28,300 bases of DNA. Origin: Azolla caroliniana. Taxonomy: Eukaryota; Plantae; Polypodiophyta. A program made the position numbers and the translations under genes. Every line of letters begins with the position of its first letter. The first letter of the stretch is position 1. This document shows positions 11,001-21,337 of the stretch, piece after piece. The stretch covers positions 1-28,300 of the forward strand of contig JBHGNT010000399.1 of NCBI GenBank assembly GCA_043228905.1. The letters are read 5' to 3'. The notes under the pieces were generated by a model. The model was not told where the DNA came from, ran no database searches, and saw only the letters and a program-made list of their open reading frames with translations.

Positions 11001-12189
11001 GTTGATACATGCAAGACATTTTTAATAAAAGTTTGGTTACCTTCTTTGCCGAATGGGATATTGCAGATATGTCGAATCGGATGTGTAGTGTCGTCTCCGG
11101 TTTCGACATAGTCGAGTCGTTCCGGCTCTCGAATTTCTCGGAACCATTCTTGATGAGACGTCATATGGTTTGAGGCACCGTAGTCGATGAGCCATACGTC
11201 TTTCGGACCGAAGGCACTAGTTGAAGTAGAAGCTGACATAGAATTTGCTCTATGTCTCATCATGAACATTCCTCCACAATCGTCATAGTCGGAGTTGGTG
11301 GCGTAATTGGTGAGTTGTTGGCTAGTGGAAGCCGAGTCGCGCATCTTCTTACGACACTCTTCTTCGTGGTGACCGATTTTTCCACAATATCCGCATTCGA
11401 CCAAGTTTTGTTGGCTCGGACTGGAATGGTGGCTCCCCCTTCTTCCGAAGGTTCCTCGATGGCCTCCATCTTGTTGTCGTAATTGAGAGTTGTTTTCATA
11501 ACTCGGGCCTCGTCCGCCTCATCCTTGGCCGAATCGGCCTCTTCTTGCACGGTCGCGTCCTCTTCCTCCATCCGATGCGTGTAGAGCATGTGGCCTTCCG
11601 AGGCATTGCTCCTTGTTTGAACATGATTCTCTTTGACCAACAACATGGATTGAAGATCGAAGAAAGAGGGAGGATTCTCCCATGCTAGTACGATGGTCCT
11701 CATCGCGCCGAACCGTGGTGCAAGGCCGCCGAGGCATATTTGCACCATCTCATCGTCATTCACATTCACGCTTATCGAGCCGAGCGAGCCGCAAAGCTCC
11801 TTGATCTTCAAGGTGTAGCTCGTGATGGACATATCCTTTTGTTGGATGTTGTTCAACTCTTGGTGGAGTTGAAGCTTTCTCGCGATTGTGTTGGCGGCGA
11901 AAATCTTTCATAGATTCTCCCACGCTTCCTTTGGCGTCTCGGCTTCTTGAATGTAGCCAAGCATGCGGTCGTGAACACATGTGGCCAAGCAATACATCAC
12001 TCAGCTTGCCGCTTGCTCCCACGTTGCATAGTCGGCGTCTTTCGGGTCGGGTCGGTTTTCTTGTGCTCCTTTGATGTAACCCCAATAGCCTTGGCCGACA
12101 AGGTATTGGTGCATCTTGTACTCCCAAGATGCAAAGTTGTTTCGATCTAGCTTCTCGCTAGGGAGAGCACTCCCGATTTGAGTATTCAT
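8008..12189 (-). pseudogene. Disrupted copia gag-pol polyprotein
   Basis: Gag (EKLDRNNFASWEYKM), zinc knuckle CGYCGKIGHHEEEC, protease WLIDYGASNHMT, integrase VIHSNVWGP and RSDGGKEY, RT MDVKNAFLQG and LYMDDL, RNase H GYTDANW and STEAEY. Many stops, frameshifts and small deletions. Confidence 0.95.
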
Positions 12190-12344
12190 TGTCGATGAAG
12201 CTTCCTTTCTTCTTTTCCTTCTCTCTCGAACACGAGCTATGTAATGGTACTATGATAGCGATGAGTCGGTTCTTCTTGAACATCGGCGTAGAGCACAACA
12301 CATGATCACGATGAGGTGAGTGGGGTAGATGGAGCTACCAAATC

Positions 12345-12356
12345 GCTCTGATACCA
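12345..12356 (-). other. Primer-binding site complementary to the tRNA-iMet 3' end
   Basis: Minus strand TGGTATCAGAGC directly after the CA of the 5' LTR. Confidence 0.95.
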
Positions 12357-12821
12357 TGTAAAGAATCGATGGTGATTCTTGTGCAGCGGAATAGATATGC
12401 GTTATGTGTGTATATGTGTGAGAGAAAAGGAGAGGAGAGAAAAGGGAACTCAAGATAGATAAATGAGAGGAAAATAGAATACTCAAGAAGAAGGTGTATA
12501 TTTCACAAGTAGAATAAGATTTACAAAATGTAGCATAACAAGGAGTCACAACCGACTTAGTATGAAGTAGGAGAAGGGTGTTTTATATATAATCACCCTC
12601 TCTCTTCATTAACTAACTACAACAACCACTCTCTCTTGGGGAATGTGAAGACTCTTAGTCATGGGGAATATGTAACTCATTAGTTATGTGTCATAGAATA
12701 TGATTCTATAACACATAATTAACGTGTAGAGAGTAGTGGTGTGACTCTTGACCTTTGAGTAATCATAGATTCTCAAAAGGTGTGTTCACACGTTGCACTA
12801 TGTTGAGCTTGATTCTCAACA
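12357..12821 (-). repeat. Copia 5' LTR (465 bp)
   Basis: TG...CA ends, adjacent PBS, TSD outside. Confidence 0.96.
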
Positions 12822-14031
12822 CTACACTTGCAATTGACGTTGATTGAGGTCACCTCGCCATGTCACCCAAGCCAATCTTTCCTTCTCACATACTTATATA
12901 TATATATATAATTAAAAATAATAAATTGATAAATTAAATAAAATAAAGATTGAGATGTATACAAACAAGTTAATTGCAAACACAAGTGTTCACTCTTGTG
13001 TGTTCATACATACAGAGGGTTTTGTACACATCGAGAGTTCAAGAGAAAAATCATATTGATTCCTCAAATCAAACTGAAAGTGAATATCAACATACATGAG
13101 GTCCTTAATGTCAATGACTCAGCCAATCACATCCTCTTTGGTTCAAGTCCCCGATGATCTCACTCACTTTTCACATAGACGGGCATTATTTTCGCATATA
13201 CATTGAAGTTTCTTACCAATAATACACGTTTTGTTAAAAAAATGCCATAGAAATACAAATTTGGTGTAGTGGCATTCTTACAAATTAATTATTTAAGATA
13301 TTTCAATACAACACAAAAGGAAAAAATGTTTTCAATTAATTTTGCGATGCAAATTGTTTTTCATAATCACCAGGATGTTACTCGATGCTTCCTTTTCCAC
13401 AACCTAAGTCAACTCTATAGTAAGATGAAATCCACTTGAAAGATATATGGTATGGCATATTATTATAATTTCACAAGTTCACCTTCATTATTAAAGTTTC
13501 AATTTCATTCATTAGATTCTTAACTGGCATTAATTGATTATTCCAATCATTTTAAGAGGAAGATTTTCAAGCCTGACACCTTGAGAAAGATTCTATTTGA
13601 AATTACTGTCAATAATAAACTTTGTCAATTTGATGTTTCGTAATGTTCACACATATCTTGTGGCAATAATGTGCTCCTGGTTTTAGACAACATCAAACCA
13701 ACCAATAAAACAAGACAATTAAGCATTTCATCAAGTTATTATTGTACATCGCAAATTGACAAGATGATGAGTTGTAGTCCACAATCCCTCATTTGTACTA
13801 GATGTCAACCCATTACTATCACACATTACTATCTTGTCCATATATAGCATTGTAACTTTTTACATTATTTCAACATTCCTCAAAATAATTATCATGGCAC
13901 CTCATATGATAGTTATGCATGATAGCGAAATGGCAAACATGCTTGCTAGGCTAGTCTTGAGCATACACAATAATGCTTGGTAGTGACATCCATACAACTA
14001 TAGTAGCATTATGTATTTAAGGAGGCTCGAA

Positions 14032-14911
14032 GGTTGTGAAACCATCTCATTCTACTATCATGTTTGTAGATTTAAGGATTGGTGTAAAAGTAAGAAATAC
14101 CAAATTTATAATTATGAATTATTATAGGCCTTATATATTTAAAGCCACATGTGTAAATCGAGGGAATTATTGGCCTAAATTTTAATATGGCCTAGAAGGC
14201 TTTCGAAACTTCTACAAAAGCCTAGAAACATCTCAACCACTCTAATGAGGATTGTGAATAGCCTATAAAAACCACTTTTGGGTTGGGTTGGGTTGGGTTG
14301 GGGGGGGGGGGGGAGTAGCAATCGAACAATGAAAGGAATCAAGGAATGAAGTGAAAAAGCAAGCAATAGCATTAGGGAACAAGAGCGTCAAGTGAGGAGT
14401 AAAAAGAATAATAATATACAAGAAGATACAGATAAGAGAGAACAATAGGAAGAAATAAAAATTAACAGTAGCAAGTAAATGAAGATAATAATAGTGTATC
14501 ATAAGATCTTTTGTTCCTCAAACAATGAATGAGAGTTCAAGTTCTCTCCCTACACATATAAGGAGAGGTATAAGTTAAGTCATTTTATATACTTCAAAAA
14601 ATTAAAGTTCTATTGTTTAAGTCACGTAAATTGATCAGGTTTAGGCACTGATGAGCTCTACCTAGAGTGAAACTAGTTTGCACAAGGTCTTTCTAATGAA
14701 AATTTCTTAAGCTTTTCTTTTTTTCTCACTCACTCTTCTCTTCTTCTTTCATCTCATTCTCTCATTCTCTTTTACTCTTGTTCACCTCTAATCCTACTCA
14801 CCTTAGTTTCACTTGCATCATTGCTTTATTTCTTTTCTTACTCTTCCCATATCATCTCAATAGTTGTGCTAGTTCGCTCGCACTCCTTGTCACGACGCTA
14901 TGGTCACAACA
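14032..14911 (+). mobile_element. Solo-LTR-like non-coding element (gypsy or retrozyme-like); boundaries uncertain
   Basis: CTAGAA/CTTC motif cluster (14191-14228) like the one in the gypsy LTR at 23330-23370; TATA box CTATAAAA near 14263; imperfect inverted ends GGTTGTGA / TCACAACA. No TSD found. Confidence 0.45.
14641..14696 (+). ncRNA. Candidate (partly degenerate) type I hammerhead ribozyme
   Basis: TTAGGCA-CTGATGA-GCTCT(ACCT)AGAGT-GAAAC...GGTC-TTTCTAA: exact CUGAUGA and GAAAC core boxes around a 5-bp stem II, a GUC site, and imperfect stems I and III. Confidence 0.6.
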
Positions 14912-15573
14912 AAATATGTAGTTTTCACTTTATACTCTTTGGCATTTATTTTGCATAATCTTGTGCTCTTTCCCCTAACCATCTCCTTTACTTCTACGAT
15001 CTCCCCTTCAATAAAATCTCGGAGATTCAACATAGCAATCGTGACCTTCGAAATAATGCCATATACCTCATACTTCTTGAGCGACGATCAATTGCCATTG
15101 AATCATGGTTATGGAAAGGGTTGTTGAATACATGCTAAACAAGCAAAAAGGTTGGTCTGAAAGAGTTTTTTATGTTCCACCTAGATGCAAAATATAAAAA
15201 AATGGTTTGGAAGATAGGATATAGCACATGTGCTTTTTTGTGAGTTACATTCACGAAACATGGCAAAGACAAGGGAGGGGTATTTTTGTGAGTTTCATTA
15301 AACATGACAAAGACAAGGGAGTGGTATGTTTGTGAAATTCAAACTTTCACAGTGTTTTATCCATATATTTTATCTCACATGTCCAATTTAATCATGTAAG
15401 TATCCAACATGACCATCGTGATTTCTAGATTTAGAACACACAAAAGCAATCACACTACCATGATGTTGTAATGAATTTCCCTTTAACAATGGAAAATGCA
15501 AAAACACAAAAAAAAAGATATGGAAAATTGGTTGTCTTAAAGAAACAATGTTCATGCAATGACAATGTTTGGT

Positions 15574-16160
15574 GAGAGAGAGAGAGAGAGAGAGAGATTT
15601 TAGTATCGTCTTCCGAGGTTATATATGGCCCATGAGATAAAAAATATAACATATTCATATAATACATGTGAAAGTGAGTGGTGACTCTTGATGTTTAAAA
15701 TTTTACTAATGAAGGTTACAATTGATAGTGTGTGATTGTGAGAGAAATTTGTGCAGGGATTGCATTTGGTTGAAGATGTATGGAAAACATAATCGAATGT
15801 GATCAAAGATAGAGCATTGTATCGAAGTGCGATACTCAGACTCTCAAACTTGTTTAACATGAAATGCACATAGTCAACTACTCTCACCACTTACGCCCCC
15901 ACACCTCATCTCAAATTGTAGTGAGTGTGAGCTAAGTCATATGGAAACAATGCTTTGGATGGCACGAAACAATATGAACTCTAACATGTGTTGCAATGTG
16001 TGGTTTACTCATTGAATGAAGAATATGGCTTTGTAGTTAGGTGCAACATATGCAATATAATGTGTGAAGTTTGAGCCTCCAAATTTCCCCATGTCGTGAT
16101 ACATTGGTGTTGCGAAAAGGCATCATTCATAGAGGAATTAATTGATTCTTGTTTAAGAGA
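15574..16160 (-). mobile_element. 5'-truncated LINE 3' end (family B) with a (CT)12 tail
   Basis: Reverse-complement homologue of 20760-21337 (ORF 15600..15890 aligns with ORF 20961..21209); (GA)12 at 15574-15597 is the tail. Confidence 0.88.
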
Positions 16161-16769
16161 GGGGCGCAAGAGACAAAAAATAGGGGAACTCAAAGAGGGA
16201 GAGGAGTAATAAAGGACCATATTCTAAATATTGGTCATAGAAATTAGAGATAGTGTCAACAATGATTGAAAGGGAATCAAAGGTTGTTGATGATGTATCG
16301 AAAAAATTGGTGGAAACTCACATTATTTGCCCATCGAAAGAATGAAGTACATGCTTGTAATGAGAGGGAACTCATGCATAAATATTTGAAAGAGGGGTTA
16401 CTTGCTATGAAGAAAATTGCATTGCAAATTCAAGAGTATAAACCAAAATGACAATCTTAAAAGCCAAGAAAGAATCGTTAATCAAAGCAAATGTTGAAAT
16501 GAAGTCTAAACTTGAGGCAAAATAAGATGCAATCATTATGAAATGGAGAGACGTTCTCAATAAGAAGATGCCAAAGGAAAATGTTTAATGAAGTTAACTT
16601 GAATCCACTTCAAAGGATGCATTGATGCCAAATAACTATATGAAAGAGAGAAAAGGAAGTAAACGATTGTCATTATAGGGATGCAAGAAGAGGAACCTGA
16701 GAAATCACTCTCCCTCACTAGAAATATCATGAATTGTTTTGACAATCTTTGTGCTTTACATGAATTTTT

Positions 16770-17065
16770 GGTTAAGAATCAACAACGGTTCAATTTCGAC
16801 TTAACTGGTTTGAGAGTTTTCAAACTTGAGACAAATCGGTTCCTAAACCAGTTGCCAAACTTGTTTAGGAGCCAATTTAGCCAAACTTATTAGCCTTAAT
16901 CGGTTTGAGAAACGGTTAGCCCAAAATGGTTCAGTGGGCTTGAGCCATCCCAAACCGAGGGCAAACCGATTAAGGAAGCTTAAGCTTGAACTAAACCGAA
17001 CTGATATGTCAAACCGTTTAAAAACAGATTAATGCCTCAGTTCAGGCTTGAGGCGAGTCATTGTT
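16770..17065. mobile_element. CGGTT/AACCG-rich non-autonomous DNA-transposon-like insertion
   Basis: GGTT motifs on the left switch to AACC motifs on the right; terminal hairpin GCCTCA...TGAGGC; splits the ORF1 remnant. Confidence 0.5.
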
Positions 17066-17150
17066 TACTCCTATTTATGGTATATGGAACACATTGAGTT
17101 GGTCGAAAGAGGTTAGAAGGAGAATCATGTTGAGGGATTATTTGTACAAC

Positions 17151-17438
17151 CTTAGATGATAAGAAAAAGAGTTAAGAGTTTTAGATAGTAGCAAGGTGTA
17201 CCTAAAAGGTATAAATTTTGTTGTAGTAGAAGATCAAACCCTGAAGGAGAAAGACCAAAGAAGGCAAGCCTATGTAGCTAGAAAAGCAGCTCAACTTAGA
17301 TGATAAGAAAAAGAGTTAAGAGTTATAGATAGTAGCAATGTGTACCTAAAATGTATAAATTTTGTTGTAGTAAAAGATCGAACCCCGAAGGAGAAAGACC
17401 AAAGAAGGCAAGCCTATGTAGCTAGAAAAGCAGCTCAA
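17151..17438. repeat. 144-bp tandem duplication
   Basis: CTTAGATGATAAG at 17151 and 17295; about 6 substitutions between copies. Confidence 0.93.
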
Positions 17439-17629
17439 AATGCGTAGCAAGCGATGACCTATAAGACTACATAAGTTTGAAAATCATATTTTGGAATTGT
17501 TGACAATATCCATGGAATAAAGATTTGGGATTAAGTCATGTCGCTAACAGTATTGGTATTATATTTTTTGTTGAAATGATATTGTAGTCGGGCCAGATAA
17601 TTGTTAAACACTCTCAAGCCCTAACCTCA

Positions 17630-18161
17630 TGTTATGAGCATAACTGTAACCATATTTATGGGCTAATTTGTAAGGATGAAGGGTGAGGATTGAGTTATCT
17701 CAATCCTACAATGGGGGATAACTTTAGAGTGTTTCATCACTTGGCTACTTTTTATACAAAACAACCAAGTGTGAAACATACAAGGGCCTAAGGTTTGAGC
17801 CTATATAAGAAGGCTAACTACCTTCATAAAGGGGGATCTCTTTTCTTTATTGTTTGAGACAGAGACTCTGATAGTGTGGCAAAACTCTAGCTTCATACAT
17901 GTGTGCCTCCTTTAGCTATGATCCATGTTTGTACACAATGGTATGTGACATTGGCAGGGGACTGAGACCTGTCTCCCACCTTTGTTAAGGGGTGGTTGGA
18001 TGGACTGACCATTCATCCTTATTTCCTTCTTAAATTTTGCATATCATTAATTAAGATTCTAATAGATGAAGTATCTCCACTGTAAGATTGAGATAACTTA
18101 ATCTTCGCCCTTCATCCTTATGAATTAGCCCACAACAACGGTTACAATTATGCTCATAACA
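17630..18161 (+). mobile_element. 532-bp TG...CA element with about 90-bp terminal inverted repeats (solo LTR or MITE)
   Basis: TGTTATGAGCATAA...TTATGCTCATAACA; 70 of the first 81 positions complementary; flanks CCTCA/TCTCA; internal CCTATATAAG near 17799. Confidence 0.85.
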
Positions 18162-18789
18162 TCTCAGTTACCCTAATCATACGAACTCTTGCTCACCCTT
18201 CACTAAGACAATTCTAATTAAGAAATCAACTAATGGCTTACAAAGAAGAACATCACACATAGGAATTGGTTATGTTTTTGTTTAAGCCAAAGCAAACCAC
18301 AAACAAATGTGGCACAACAATTTAACTAATTCGGTTTATTTCTACTCTATTTAGATATAGAAATTTGTAAAATGGCTTGGTTTGGCTTGGGGCCTAGGTG
18401 TTCAGTAAGTTTGGTTTGACCATTTATTGGATTGATGGTTTACAATTATACCATGCCATCTTCAAATCATAGTTTAAATAGTTGAATGGTTTAGGGTTAT
18501 GACATTTTTGAAATATTTACTAAATTTATGAATTAACTTTATTAAACTAAGAGTTATAGCATATCAAACATAATAAGTTATAACATTTGAGGTCCAATAT
18601 TTTCATTTTTTCTAAGTTTATATACACACGACTTTTGGTTGGAAAACTCTTTGTTAAATAATTGTGCCAAAGTTAACATATAATATGTTTAGCACTAATA
18701 CATACCTCTTGGTTTGAACAATGTCAATTTAAATGTTTTGTGATTTGGTTTAGGGTTATGATGATATGTGACCTGGCAACGTTCTCTCT

Positions 18790-19500
18790 CTTCATGGTTG
18801 AGGTTTTGTGACTTCTCCAACACTGTTAATTGCCACAAAAGAAGTCCTTTTAACTTTACAACATATTTCCTCACTAACTTGCAAATAAAAAGTGAAGGCA
18901 TTCCGTATATTCCAATTGAACCATAGCCCCCAAAACCTCATGAACTCAAAAATAATTTGGAAATGAGACGTCAACTCATTATTCTCCATATGTGAAAAAC
19001 CCCAACTAATGAAGATAGTCTTACACTATTTAAAAACATCCACACTAAATTGATACATCTTCAAACCATTCTAGCCATCGAGCATGAAAGAAATCGATGC
19101 CTACTATGTTCCAACTCCATGGAACAAAAGAAACACATTCCTCTAACAATGTTTCCCTTGTTTAATGCACCCCCCAATGCTAAAGCTCCAACCATAACCC
19201 GCCAAATGATTATTGCAGATCGTAGCATCAATCGAGAACACTAACATGCCTTGATTACATGAAACCACCAACTAATGGGCTTACAAGAACCCTTTCTTCC
19301 ATCCGCTTAGGTTTGTCAATCAACTTGTGATAGACATCATTTGTTGAGATCATAGTCAATCTCCTATTTCCAACAAATGTCCAATCAAGCTCTTGAGATC
19401 CCCCATCTAAATTAGGAATTGGGTCATACAATGATAATAATCATTGCAACTTATCTCAAGTAAAGGTGTATAACCTCTTGGAATATGAAATGTTGATCAT
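18790..19500 (-). mobile_element. L1-clade LINE 3' fragment (zf-RVT region)
   Basis: Minus-strand translation IIWRVMVGALALGGAL...GMCFFCSMELEHSRHRFLSCSMARMV (19138-19082) followed by WGLWFNWNIRNAFTF (ORF 18792..18989). Boundaries approximate. Confidence 0.8.
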
Positions 19501-19537
19501 GTTGTTCAAAAGGCCATTAATCTTCTCTCTCTCTCTC

Positions 19538-21337
19538 ATGGCAAAACTATTTGGATGTATAATGGAATCAAAGATAAGTGCATGAGATGAAAAAAAGAGA
19601 TAAGAGAGCTTATGGACCAACTGGCTTTCGAAAACACCATAGCACCATTGATCACCTTGTCGCCCTTCGAGTATTAATGGAGGAAAGTCGTCTTAGAGGT
19701 AAAGGTTTATATTATTGCTTCGTAGACTTCAAGAAAGCTTTTGATATGGTACCTCGTGAGCATCTTTGGAGGTGAATGGAAGAACTCGAGGTGTCAATAA
19801 TATATGCTTGCAATTTCCTGAATATATGAGAATGTTATATGTTGTGTGCATATGAGAGATAAACTTTTAGATTTGTTGGTGTTAAGCATGGATGCCCACT
19901 ATCACCAACTCTATTTGGCCTATGCATTGATGAATTGGAAGAAATGGTTGCCACATTTGTAAAGGAAGAATGTGTTGAAGAATTTGCCATTGGGAATGTT
20001 GTCATTATGCTTTTGCTATATGCAAATGATGTAGTGTTTTTTGCAAATACTTTAGGAGATGCACAAAAACTTTTGAAGGCATTGGAATTTTTTGCATGCA
20101 TACTAAATTAAGTGACAATCGGTCTAAAACAAAGATTATGCTTGTGAAGAGGCCCCAAAAAGATAAACCATGCATTATATACAATAATGAGCCACTTGAA
20201 TGTGAGAAAAGCTTCAAATAACTTGGCCTTGAAGTTCCTTCAAATTATAGATGGAATGAATGCGCTACATGCCGCTTAGAAGCGGGGAAGCGAGCATATT
20301 ATGCATTTGAGAACACATGCAATCATGGAGATATTGTATTGAGTCCTCAAGATATACCTTTTTGACACTTTCGTGACACTAGGGCTTCTCTATGGGGTGG
20401 TAGCATCCCTAAATCTACTTGGAAAGAGTTTAAAAATGTTCAAATATATTCTTACAAAGTTCTACAAGTTAACAAACAAACATCATACAATATATTCTTA
20501 CAAAGTTCTACAAGTAAAGAAACAAACATCATACACCCTCCTCCCCCTCCTCCTTGAGACAAGATCACTTCCCATTGCGATCATAGCCATGGAAAGGTTT
20601 ATTGAATACATGGTTAAGATTCAAAAAAATCCCTCACATCAACTACCTATAATTGCATGGGAAGCAAGCAAAAAGATCCAAAAGATGCTTAAAAGAAAAA
20701 TTTGTGTTCCAGTTGGATGCAAGATATGAAAAAATGGCTTGGTAGATGGGATGCAATGCACTTGCTTCATGATGCATCACTAAATACCTTTGTAAATGAG
20801 GTCTTTTTGCAATGCCAATGTATCATGGCATGGGACAAATGTGGACTCGGCTCATTGTCTACACATTATACTACACATGTTGCACCTAACTACAAAACCA
20901 TATTCTTCAGGGAACAAGGAAACCATACACATCAATACATGTTAGAGCCCATCTTGTTATTTGTCATTTGAACCATTGCTTCCATGCGACTTAGCTCACA
21001 TGCATTGCGATGTGAGAGGGGGCATTGGGGCACAAGAGATGAGAGTGGTCGACTATGCACACTTTGTCCAAAACAAGTTGGAGAGTTTGAGTATCACACT
21101 TCGATACAATGCTCTGCCTTTGATCATATTCGGTCATGCTTTCCACACATCTTTAACCAAGCTCAATCCTTGCACGAATTTCTCTCACAACCACAATCTG
21201 CACTCTTGATTGCAACATTCATCGGTAAAGTTCTTGAACATTGAGAGTCGCTACTCACTTTCACATGTATCACGTGAAATGTAATATTTCTGGTCTCATA
21301 GTTCATATTTGACCTCCAAAGGCGATAATAGAAACTC
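19538..21337 (+). mobile_element. 5'-truncated RTEX/L2-like LINE (family B), degenerate RT plus C-terminal zinc finger
   Basis: GFRKHHSTIDHL, FVDFKKAFDMVPR, GVKHGCPLSPTLF, LLYANDVVF (YADD-like), and RLSSHALRCE...CTLC...EFEYH...C. Confidence 0.92.

Larger units (their letters stand above)
7387..12821 (-). mobile_element. Full-length but degenerate Ty1/copia LTR retrotransposon
   Basis: Two TG...CA LTRs, 5-bp TSD CTACA (7382-7386 and 12822-12826), PBS, PPT, and gag-PR-IN-RT-RH domain order. Confidence 0.97.
16262..17450 (+). pseudogene. Decayed LINE ORF1-like remnant interrupted by an insertion
   Basis: Coiled-coil-like stretch, then YEREKRK*TIVIIGMQEE (near 16638-16690) and, past the insertion, YLKGINFVVVEDQTLKEK (near 17199-17252). 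These resemble the E.R.R..N+.I.G..E and LKG..+.+.ED.T motifs of LINE ORF1 proteins. Confidence 0.55.

Noticed and set aside
13335-13460. Minus-strand translation containing VDLGCGKG, like SAM-methyltransferase motif I
   Set aside because: An in-frame stop follows four codons later and no other motifs or splice structure support it; a tblastx search would be needed.
18488-18757. Two isolated GGTTTAGGGTT telomere-like words
   Set aside because: Single units in a GGTT-rich decayed region, not an array.
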